Made by a program: the position numbers and the translations under genes
Part shown: piece after piece, positions 48,853 to 56,832 of the stretch
Layout of the letters: every line of letters begins with the position of its first letter
Numbering within the stretch: position 1 is the first letter of the stretch
Assembly (NCBI GenBank): GCA_027622665.1
Contig: JAQBYT010000009.1
Location: forward strand, 57,271 to 121,270
Source: Verrucomicrobiota bacterium
Lineage (GTDB): Bacteria > Verrucomicrobiota > Verrucomicrobiia > Opitutales > Seribacteraceae
DNA: 64,000 nucleotides
Direction of reading: 5' to 3'
Notes under the pieces: model-generated
The model's input: only the letters and a program-made list of their open reading frames with translations
What the model was told of the DNA's origin: nothing
Database searches by the model: none

Positions 48853-49669
48853 GATGACTGCCGCTATTCACGAAACCGCCATACTGGGAGCAGGGGCGAA
48901 ACTGGGTTCTAATGTTAGGATAGGCCCTTACGCGATTGTGGAGGACGAGGTTGAATTGGGTTCCGATTGTTTTGTGGAGGCCCATGCAATCGTTAAAAAT
49001 GGAACAGTGCTTGGGAATGGGTGTCGGGTAGGGCATTTCGCGGTGGTGGGCGGTGAACCTCAATATCTCGCGTTCGATCCCGCGACATCCTCGGGAGTCA
49101 AGGTGGGGAAGGGCACTCGTATCGGCGAGGGAGTCACCATTCACCGATCCATTCGTGAACAAGAGGACACGTGCGTGGGCGATAATGTTTTTCTCATGGG
49201 GTATTCGCATGTGGCCCATGATTGTTTGGTGGGAGATCAAGTCGTGGTTGCCAATGGGGCATTGCTTGGCGGACACGTCGAATTGGGAAAACACTGCTTT
49301 GTCGGTGGAGGTGCAGCTTTTCACCAGTTCGTCAGGGTAGGGGAAGGGGCTATGGTCGGTGGCATGGCCGAGGTCTCAGCTGATGTCCCACCCTTCGTCA
49401 CCGTTGCTCGCCGCAATCTCGCCTGCGGTCTCAATCTCGTGGGCTTGCGCCGTCGAGAGTTTTCCCGAGAAGTGATTGGAGACATAAAGGAATGCTACCG
49501 AGCAGTCTATTTTCACGAAGGAAACCCGCAGAGTCGCGCGGAGAAGACATTGGCGTCAGGGGAACTTCCCTCCACTTCGCAAGGGAGAGAATTCTTGGAG
49601 TTTTTTCTATCCGGTGAGCGAGGCTTTGTTCGAAGCCGAAAGAAGCAAGTTCCCAAAGATGACTCTTGA
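48845..49669 (+). CDS. lpxA: UDP-N-acetylglucosamine O-acyltransferase
   Basis: Hexapeptide repeats; HVAHDC, GHV, HQF.RVG, GLNLVGLRR. Confidence 0.92.
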   Translation: MNRMTAAIHETAILGAGAKLGSNVRIGPYAIVEDEVELGSDCFVEAHAIVKNGTVLGNGCRVGHFAVVGGEPQYLAFDPATSSGVKVGKGTRIGEGVTIHRSIREQEDTCVGDNVFLMGYSHVAHDCLVGDQVVVANGALLGGHVELGKHCFVGGGAAFHQFVRVGEGAMVGGMAEVSADVPPFVTVARRNLACGLNLVGLRRREFSREVIGDIKECYRAVYFHEGNPQSRAEKTLASGELPSTSQGREFLEFFLSGERGFVRSRKKQVPKDDS

Positions 49670-49709
49670 ACTCAGGCTCATCGCACATTATTTGGTGAAG
49701 TCTACATAG

Positions 49710-50090
49710 ATGACCGTAACGCTAAATATTGATACTCAACCCGACCTTGTTCGCAAAGGCGACGAACGCTTGGTTCGCCTTACCGAATCCGCTGGAAGCA
49801 AGCTACATAAGCTTATTGATCGTGAAAAAACAGGTGATTTTTTACGTATTCGAATTACAGGTGGAGGATGCAATGGCCTTTCTTACAATATGAAATTCGT
49901 CCCATTGGGCAAAAAAGGCGATATTCTAGTTGAAAGCTCAGGCGTTGGCGTCCTTGTTGATTCCAAGACCGCACTTTACTTGCGGGGCACGACGCTTGAA
50001 TTTTCCGACAAATTAGTCGGTGGAGGTTTCAAGTTCCAAAACCCAAACGCCACGGCCAGTTGTAGTTGTGGCGAAAGCTTCAACCTATAA
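49710..50090 (+). CDS. A-type Fe-S cluster carrier (HesB/IscA/ErpA family)
   Basis: GGGCNGLSY and NPNA..SCSCGESF. Confidence 0.95.
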   Translation: MTVTLNIDTQPDLVRKGDERLVRLTESAGSKLHKLIDREKTGDFLRIRITGGGCNGLSYNMKFVPLGKKGDILVESSGVGVLVDSKTALYLRGTTLEFSDKLVGGGFKFQNPNATASCSCGESFNL

Positions 50091-50246
50091 TTTCAATTTC
50101 CTTTTCTAAACAAAATCCCCGTTTAAAAGCTTGCCTCACCTCACCTAGAGGGCAATCCTTCCTCTTTTCGTAGATAATACTCTCCCATTTTTATGGCACC
50201 TTCTCAATCCCTTAATAGCCGCCGCCTGTCGGCGTGAATCAACTAC

Positions 50247-50999
50247 ATGGGCAAAAAGCCTAGCGGCAAAGGAAAACGCCGGTTTCAACACAACCGGAAT
50301 CTTATACGAAAAAACCAGCGCATTCGCGTACCTGAAATTCGCGTAATCGGACCCAATGGTGAAATGCTTGGCGTCATGGCTCCCGAAGAAGCCATGGTCA
50401 TTGCCAAAAAATATCGACTGGATCTTGTCGAGGTGGCACCCACTGCACAACCTCCGGTGTGCCGTATTCTGGAATTCGGCAAATACAAGTACGATCTGAG
50501 CAAGAGCAAGAAGAACAAGGAAAATAGCGGTGGAAAACGCGTCAAGGAAGCGAAGTTTCGGCCACGTATTGATACCCACGACTACGAAACCAAACTAAGA
50601 CGATCTGAGAAGTTTTTACACCAAGGTTTCAAGCTCAAGCTTACAATGATGATGCGTGGGCGCGAAATGGAGCACATGGACATAGGCTTCGCTCGTCTAA
50701 GGCAGGCTGTAGTTGACTTGTCGGGAGTTGGTCGTGCTGATGACGAACCTAAGCGTGCGGGTCGATTTATAATGGTGAACCTTTCTCCTCTTCCCAAGAA
50801 CCAACATGTCTTCAAATATAATTCCGTAGCCGAGGCCGCCGTGGAAGATCCCGATGATCAAGACGACGAGGAAGACATTGACGAACACGACGAGGAAGAT
50901 AGCGAGGCAATCGCCGAGGAGGATGGACTATCCGAAGATGACGATTCGGAGGCCGAGACCTCTGCAACGTCGAAAGGGGATTCGGACTCGGAAGATTAA
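50247..50999 (+). CDS. infC: Translation initiation factor IF-3 with acidic C-terminal extension
   Basis: NQRIR.PEIRVI, LDLVEVAP.A.PPVCRI..FGKYKY, KE.KFRP.I..HD. Confidence 0.95.
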   Translation: MGKKPSGKGKRRFQHNRNLIRKNQRIRVPEIRVIGPNGEMLGVMAPEEAMVIAKKYRLDLVEVAPTAQPPVCRILEFGKYKYDLSKSKKNKENSGGKRVKEAKFRPRIDTHDYETKLRRSEKFLHQGFKLKLTMMMRGREMEHMDIGFARLRQAVVDLSGVGRADDEPKRAGRFIMVNLSPLPKNQHVFKYNSVAEAAVEDPDDQDDEEDIDEHDEEDSEAIAEEDGLSEDDDSEAETSATSKGDSDSED

Positions 51000-51031
51000 T
51001 CTTCCTTCATTCGCCGCTGCGGAACCTGCAG

Positions 51032-51397
51032 ATGGAATGGAAGCATTTGTTTTTTGTTGCCGCAGGCGGAGCCTTGGGGTCCGTCCTTCGGACATGGTTA
51101 TGGTTCCTTCTGCACGGAGGATTTCCATGGGTCACCTTTGCCGTGAACGTGGCGGGTTCATTTCTCATAGGTTTTTTGTTTCATACTTTGGGTAATGACG
51201 AAGATAATTTGAACCTACGCTTCTTTTTAATTGCCGGGTTTTGTGGGGGCTTCACTACTTTTTCCACTTTCAGTCTAGATGTTCTAAAGCTTTTTCGGGA
51301 TGGGCATGTTTGGCTTGCGTTGGGAAACGTCGCACTTTCTCTGGTCTGTTGCCTAGTCGCTGTTTTCGCGGGATGGCGGTTGGCTGTTGCGAGCTAA
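51032..51397 (+). CDS. crcB: Fluoride channel Fluc/CrcB
   Basis: GGALGSVLR, VNVAGSFLIG, GFCGGFTTFSTF. Confidence 0.95.
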   Translation: MEWKHLFFVAAGGALGSVLRTWLWFLLHGGFPWVTFAVNVAGSFLIGFLFHTLGNDEDNLNLRFFLIAGFCGGFTTFSTFSLDVLKLFRDGHVWLALGNVALSLVCCLVAVFAGWRLAVAS

Positions 51398-51454
51398 GGG
51401 TCTTAAAAAAGTTCACTTGCGGCAGGTTTATTCGTGTGCAATCCTATAAAGAGA

Positions 51455-52435
51455 ATGCGCACACCTCTTTTTCTTATTTTTACCGCCACTATTTTGTGTG
51501 TTCACATTGAAGGTGCGGTAGCTCCGTCTCCATTTCTGCCGCCCGGGTATAATTCCCGTCCCACGGAAAGACCAATTCAATCTCCGAGAAATCCGAAACC
51601 TCAAACACCGAATGTCCAAATATCAACAGAAATTGAATTAGGAGGATTTTTCTCTCTTGGAACTGGGGAGAGCCGGAAACTTTACTTTTCCCTTTTCAAT
51701 AAAAAAGTGAACCACTCGCAATGGATTACCATTGGAGAAAAAACGGATGAGGATTTTCTCGCCGAATCTTTTGATTTCGATACGGAAACCCTGACGGTAC
51801 GTTTTGGAGACTCTTCGCATGATCTATCCCTGCGGATGTCTAAAGGTACTCCCGGAGAAAAGCGTGGGTCGTCGAATACTCGCAATATTGCATCGACCAC
51901 CGCGTCCACTCCAGGCAAACCTCGCATCATGCCGCCTCGACCCAAGACCACTCCAACCTTGCCCCCTTGGCTTGCCAATCGATCGGCGTCCGGTTCGTCT
52001 CGCTCGGGTGGTGGGTATTCCGGTTCTCCTTCTTCCGGAGGCGGAACGAGCGGTCCAAGTTCAGCGAGTGCCTTACAGGCAACGCGAACTTTTTCCGGCG
52101 GACATTCAGGTGGCGATGTTCCACGTCCTATCAACAGCGTCAATTCTCCCGTTGTGTCGTCTCCTGCTACGGGTGTCTCCTCACCTTCGATAAATCCTTC
52201 ATACACCGGCTCAGCATCTGCACCTAATGACGGCGGCGCAACGACACCTTCAACTGACCCTTCCCCTTCCTCTACTTCGACCGGGGGAGGAAGTTCTGGG
52301 TCCGGATCTGCTGAAACTGGGGGAGGGGTATCGGGTTCAGAGATCGACCTGAGCAACCTGCCACCCCCTCCACCCCCTCCCAGTATTCTTCCTCCGGGAC
52401 CGCCTCCCAACATTATCCCTTCCCGTGAGGATTAG
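51455..52435 (+). CDS. Exported protein with small beta domain (GspC/PilP-like?) and long Ser/Pro/Gly-rich tail
   Basis: Hydrophobic N-terminus; FSL....SQWI.IGE......LTV.....L.L; low-complexity tail with poly-Pro. Confidence 0.6.
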   Translation: MRTPLFLIFTATILCVHIEGAVAPSPFLPPGYNSRPTERPIQSPRNPKPQTPNVQISTEIELGGFFSLGTGESRKLYFSLFNKKVNHSQWITIGEKTDEDFLAESFDFDTETLTVRFGDSSHDLSLRMSKGTPGEKRGSSNTRNIASTTASTPGKPRIMPPRPKTTPTLPPWLANRSASGSSRSGGGYSGSPSSGGGTSGPSSASALQATRTFSGGHSGGDVPRPINSVNSPVVSSPATGVSSPSINPSYTGSASAPNDGGATTPSTDPSPSSTSTGGGSSGSGSAETGGGVSGSEIDLSNLPPPPPPPSILPPGPPPNIIPSRED

Positions 52436-53702
52436 CTATGCGGCGGTCCTTGGACCGACGCTTCTTCTTTTATCTTTTGTAGCTGCGCAGAATCAACGGC
52501 GTATTGGAACTCGACACGATGTTTCGCTTGAGTTGCATCGTCAAATGGGTAGCAACCTCGGTTCCTTTTCATCGGGCGACCATTTTCCCGATCTTTCACC
52601 GGTCGGTCTGGTTCTGTCCCGTAACGGTTTTATTGGTACAGGTACTTTAATCTCTCCAACCATAGTTGTTACCGCCGGACACGTGTTGCGTGGTAGTTAC
52701 AAAGCAAAAGCGCCGGTTGCATCGGAATGGACTTTCTCCCTTGGTCCGGACTCACTGAAACCAACTGAGACTTACTCTGTTTCCGAAATTATTCTCCACC
52801 CCGGTTGGACTGCTCGACTGAGTTATGAAGGCGGTATTGGAGACGGTGACGTACTTGGTCTCGATCTTGCCTTGCTGAGACTCGATTCACCTGTAATCGG
52901 GGTGACTCCTGCTCGTTTTAACGCCGGAGATTCGGAACTGATCGGGTCTCGAGTAATTCTTGCTGGTTACGGAAGCATTGCCGATGGAAAAAGAGGTGTC
53001 ACTTCGGTTGATAATTTCGATCGATTGGCTGGCGAAAACACATTGGATCGAGTCATCGAAACCGTGAATGCCTCTAATGTTCCTCAAGCATATAGGGGAG
53101 GGTTGCTTGGCGTTGATTTCGATAGCCCAGACGAATTTTTCAATGCTCTTGGATCGAACGCTTCTCTCATCGATTATTTAGGCTCGGGATCCAGTGCTTC
53201 CACGCCTCTGCCTTACGAAGCGACAACCGCAGAGGGCGATAGTGGTGGTCCGGCCTTTGTGAAAATCAACGAAGTGTGGAAAGTTATCGGTACCGTATCC
53301 TATGGAAACGAGAGTTCTGTCTATGGCGACGTTACTGTTTACACTCGTTTAGCTTCGCAATCGGATTGGTTTAGCACATACCTAGAACGCTGGGCACCTG
53401 CACGTCGGACGGGCTTCGGGGAGTGGTTGAATCTTGATTGGTTGGGAAATTTTGCCACTTATCAAGGGGATTGGATCTTTCATGAAAAACTCGGCTGGTT
53501 TTATTCTCCAGACAATGAAGCTGATGAGTTTTGGGCATGGCAAACTGGAATCGGGTGGTGGTGGACTAGCATCCAAGCCTATCCTTACTTTTATGCGGAC
53601 GAAGGCAAATGCTGGCTCTATTTCTCTGCCAGTGATTCTACTCCCTCCCGCTGTCGCTTCTACAATTATGAGATTAAGGATTGGGAAATCTTTGAGCGCT
53701 AG
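52425..53702 (+). CDS. Secreted trypsin-like (S1) serine protease with Trp-rich C-terminal domain
   Basis: Catalytic triad VVTAGHV / DLALLRL / GDSGGP; signal peptide. Confidence 0.9.
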   Translation: MRISYAAVLGPTLLLLSFVAAQNQRRIGTRHDVSLELHRQMGSNLGSFSSGDHFPDLSPVGLVLSRNGFIGTGTLISPTIVVTAGHVLRGSYKAKAPVASEWTFSLGPDSLKPTETYSVSEIILHPGWTARLSYEGGIGDGDVLGLDLALLRLDSPVIGVTPARFNAGDSELIGSRVILAGYGSIADGKRGVTSVDNFDRLAGENTLDRVIETVNASNVPQAYRGGLLGVDFDSPDEFFNALGSNASLIDYLGSGSSASTPLPYEATTAEGDSGGPAFVKINEVWKVIGTVSYGNESSVYGDVTVYTRLASQSDWFSTYLERWAPARRTGFGEWLNLDWLGNFATYQGDWIFHEKLGWFYSPDNEADEFWAWQTGIGWWWTSIQAYPYFYADEGKCWLYFSASDSTPSRCRFYNYEIKDWEIFER

Positions 53703-53755
53703 GCTTTAAAGGCTCTCGCTTTTTCTCCCTTTTCGGCAAAAAAAATCTTTTTAGC

Positions 53756-54562
53756 ATGGAACCAATTCTAAGTCTCTTTCGTCGCCACGAGCTTTTTTGG
53801 CAGTTTCTTTCACGTAACGTAAAAGCTCGTCATCGTGGCAGTGTTCTGGGTGCTATATGGCTTGTCGCCAATCCTCTCCTAATGCTAAGTCTCTATGTTT
53901 TCGCATTCGGCGTTGTTTTCGGAGGTCGTTTCACCGACTCCCCCGACGAATCAACTCTCGACTACGCCCTCGGGGTTTTTCTAGGTCTTAATGTTCTGAG
54001 TCTGGTGTCGGGTGTCATTGGCGGTGCTCCCGGAGTGATCGTGGGCCAACCGAACTTCGTTAAAAAGGTCGTCTTTCCGCTAGAAATACTGCCCGCCGCG
54101 ATGGCTGGAGCCCTTGGCTACGACCTTCTCATCGGTCTAGGGCTGTGTCTTGTAGGTGTTGCCTCCCTCGGGCCGGGATTGACCCTTTCCGCTTGCTGGA
54201 TTCCCGTTATCGTTGCACCTGTTTTTTTCATTGCTTTGGGCTTGGCTTGGTTTTTTTCCGCCCTTGGCGTTTTTATTCGCGACGTTGGTCAACTCGGAGG
54301 ATTTTTCGGATTAGGCTTATTATATGCCAGTGGCGTTTTCTATTCCGCGGACAAGGTGCGCGAAACTGCTCCGGGTATCTGGGTTTTCTTAAAATGGAAT
54401 CCCCTGATTCACGTCATCGACTCTCTCCGTCAAGTTTGTCTTTGGGGAGGCGAGCCCTCGTTTCTGGCGTTGGCCTATGTTTGGGTATTCGGCGTTATCA
54501 TTTTGCTCATCGGCGCTTGGTTCTTCCATCGTCTACGTCCCGCTTTTGCCGATGTCTTGTGA
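53756..54562 (+). CDS. ABC-2 polysaccharide export permease (Wzm-like)
   Basis: R.RGS.LG..W....PLL.L..Y.F.F, VKKVVFPLEILP, RD, NPL..., FADVL. Confidence 0.9.
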   Translation: MEPILSLFRRHELFWQFLSRNVKARHRGSVLGAIWLVANPLLMLSLYVFAFGVVFGGRFTDSPDESTLDYALGVFLGLNVLSLVSGVIGGAPGVIVGQPNFVKKVVFPLEILPAAMAGALGYDLLIGLGLCLVGVASLGPGLTLSACWIPVIVAPVFFIALGLAWFFSALGVFIRDVGQLGGFFGLGLLYASGVFYSADKVRETAPGIWVFLKWNPLIHVIDSLRQVCLWGGEPSFLALAYVWVFGVIILLIGAWFFHRLRPAFADVL

Positions 54563-54731
54563 GGAAGAGCGAGTTTTGAAGTCAACCAGCCATAGTTTTG
54601 GAAAAATGAAAACTCCAGGGTTAACGTGATTATGCCTATCGTGCACATGGCCGAAAAGCCACTGGCCACGACGGTGCAGTTGACATTTCCATATGCCCAT
54701 GATTCTCACTTTAGGTAGCAATTCTTTTTCC

Positions 54732-55862
54732 TCAAGTTTCTCCGTATAGCGTCTTGGCTGTCTGTCTCCAAGTGAAGCCTGCGGCTCGTTCTCGGGCTTT
54801 TTGTCCGAGGCGTAGCCTAAGTTCATCGTCACGAAGCAGACGCTCGAGGGAACGGGCTAGATCGTCCGAGTCATTGGGGTCTACCAACAAGCCTGTTTCG
54901 TTATGGACTACGGCGTCCTCTACGCCCCCCGTACGGTGGGCAAGGGCAGGTAGACCGTGAGCGGCGGCCTCGAGGTAGACGAACCCGAACCCTTCAACGC
55001 TGCGAGGGTGGGGGACACTCGTGAGAGCGAATAGATCCGAGCTTTCGTATGCGATGCGGACGTCGTGATCCTTTAGATCGCCAAGAAAGTGGACGGGTAT
55101 GCCTGATGAATCGGCTTGCTCGCGCAGTCCTCGGGCGTAATGAGGACGCACCTCGGGGCCTATGACGTAATACTCCAGACCAGCCTTTAACTCGTTCGGC
55201 ATTTGTCTAATGGCTTCAAGAATGCGGTCCTGTCCTTTTCGAGGATGGAGTCGTCCGACGGTGAGCATTCGAAGTTTGCCTTCGGTGTTTTTGTCTTCGT
55301 TATCCTTGTTCTCGGGTAAGAAGATCCGACGTGAAGCCCCAGGAGCAAGCACGACCTTTGAAGTCAATTCAGGGAAGCGAGTAAGAAGGGCCTTTTTGTT
55401 GAAATGTGAAAGAAGATGAATCTCGTCTGCTTTCCTCAGAAGCTTGCGAAAAAAGAATTTCTCTAGGGGAAATCTGCTGAATAGGGGAATTTCGGAACCA
55501 TGCAGAGTAACTATCAGTCGAGCGGGCAAAAATCCGGCGAACGATCCTAACCGCAAGAAAGCCCGAAGGGCTCCGGGTTCTGCGAGATGCACGATGCTGC
55601 CTGCGAACTCGGCGGCGTTTCTCCGAACTTCTCTGATCAAACCCACGGAACAACGCCAATCCTGAGAACCTCGAAGGGGAAGCGAACTAAGGGAGTAGGG
55701 GAGGGAAGCGTTGCTTTCGGAATCGGGTGTTACGGGTGCCCAAACCTTTACTTCGTGGCCGAGCGATGCTGCTGCGTGAGCCATTTCTTCACAATAGACT
55801 CCTGCTCCACCCCGTTTCGGGGGAAATTCATGTGTGAGAAGATTTATCTTGTGCCTCGCCAT
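54732..55862 (-). CDS. Glycosyltransferase family 4
   Basis: EFPP..GG, VTLHGSE, VGRL.PRKG, EGFGFVYLEA. Confidence 0.92.
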   Translation of the reverse strand: MARHKINLLTHEFPPKRGGAGVYCEEMAHAAASLGHEVKVWAPVTPDSESNASLPYSLSSLPLRGSQDWRCSVGLIREVRRNAAEFAGSIVHLAEPGALRAFLRLGSFAGFLPARLIVTLHGSEIPLFSRFPLEKFFFRKLLRKADEIHLLSHFNKKALLTRFPELTSKVVLAPGASRRIFLPENKDNEDKNTEGKLRMLTVGRLHPRKGQDRILEAIRQMPNELKAGLEYYVIGPEVRPHYARGLREQADSSGIPVHFLGDLKDHDVRIAYESSDLFALTSVPHPRSVEGFGFVYLEAAAHGLPALAHRTGGVEDAVVHNETGLLVDPNDSDDLARSLERLLRDDELRLRLGQKARERAAGFTWRQTAKTLYGET

Positions 55863-55924
55863 ATCAAGAAGGTTCAACCATTGTTGACGAACGGTTACAT
55901 GGAGAAAAGGCGAATTTTCCGCAT

Positions 55925-56737
55925 ATGAAAAAAATCGGAGACATTTACAGGACGGCTTTGATCACTGGAGGCACTTCCGGGTTGGGGTTGGCATTTTCCA
56001 AAATGTTGGCGGGAGAAGGCGTCAAAGTAGTCTCTGTTTCTCGTAACCCTGATCTTTTACCAAAGGTGGAAGGGTTGACCGGAGTGTCTCTTGATTTGGC
56101 AAACATGGCTTCCGCTCGTGACTTTGTCGAGGGATACCTCTCGGAACAGGGAGTACCCGATCTTTTGGTGAACAATGCCGGTTACGGAACCTTTTCCCGC
56201 TGGAGTCAGTTTCCAGAGCAAGAGATCACCCGACAAATTGACGTGTTGTTGTCTGCACCCATACGGCTATGTCGAGCGTTTGCTCCGAAAATGGTGGAGC
56301 GGGGAAGTGGTGGGATAGTTAACGTAAGTTCGATCGCAGGAATGTTTCCTCTGCCCTATATGCCCCTTTATAATGCAGCGAAAGCCGGTCTTTCTGCTTT
56401 TTCTGCCAGCTTGGCCTTAGAGTACAAAGATGTCCCTTTCGTCACCGATTTTCGTTTGGGAGATTTTCGAACAAATTTTAACGAAGCGGTAAAAAAGGAA
56501 TCCGTTCCGGAAAATGATTCCCGGCAAGGTCAAGCGTGGTCTCAAATCGAGAAACAGTTGGATGCATCCCCCGAGCCCATCGTTGCCGCTCGCGCTTTGC
56601 GTCGAGTTTTACGCCGTAGACAAGGTGGCGTAGTTTATTCCGGTGGCTTATTCCAAGTCCGTCTAGCTCCCCTGCTTTTCCGTTTGGCACCCTCTAGTTT
56701 TCTTCGAACCGTCCTTCGGTATTGGTATAAACTCTAG
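55925..56737 (+). CDS. SDR family oxidoreductase
   Basis: TGGTSGLG, NNAG, YNAAK. Confidence 0.9.
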   Translation: MKKIGDIYRTALITGGTSGLGLAFSKMLAGEGVKVVSVSRNPDLLPKVEGLTGVSLDLANMASARDFVEGYLSEQGVPDLLVNNAGYGTFSRWSQFPEQEITRQIDVLLSAPIRLCRAFAPKMVERGSGGIVNVSSIAGMFPLPYMPLYNAAKAGLSAFSASLALEYKDVPFVTDFRLGDFRTNFNEAVKKESVPENDSRQGQAWSQIEKQLDASPEPIVAARALRRVLRRRQGGVVYSGGLFQVRLAPLLFRLAPSSFLRTVLRYWYKL

Positions 56738-56773
56738 AGTCTGTTCCGCTAACGATTCAATTTCCGAAAATAA

Positions 56774-56805
56774 GAAACCCTCGCCAAATAAATGGCGAGG
56801 GTTTC
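56774..56805. terminator. Bidirectional terminator hairpin
   Basis: GAAACCCTCGCCA-aataaa-TGGCGAGGGTTTC between convergent genes. Confidence 0.75.
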
Positions 56806-56832
56806 CGTATTCAAGTTGAAATACCTTATGTT

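Noticed and set aside
51000..51031. Fluoride riboswitch upstream of crcB
   Set aside because: Only ~32 nt of intergenic space and no match to the motif.
41644..52413. Long antisense ORFs (e.g. 41644..42696 +, 44475..45257 -, 51682..52413 -)
   Set aside because: Shadows of well-supported genes on the opposite strand, with no motifs of their own.
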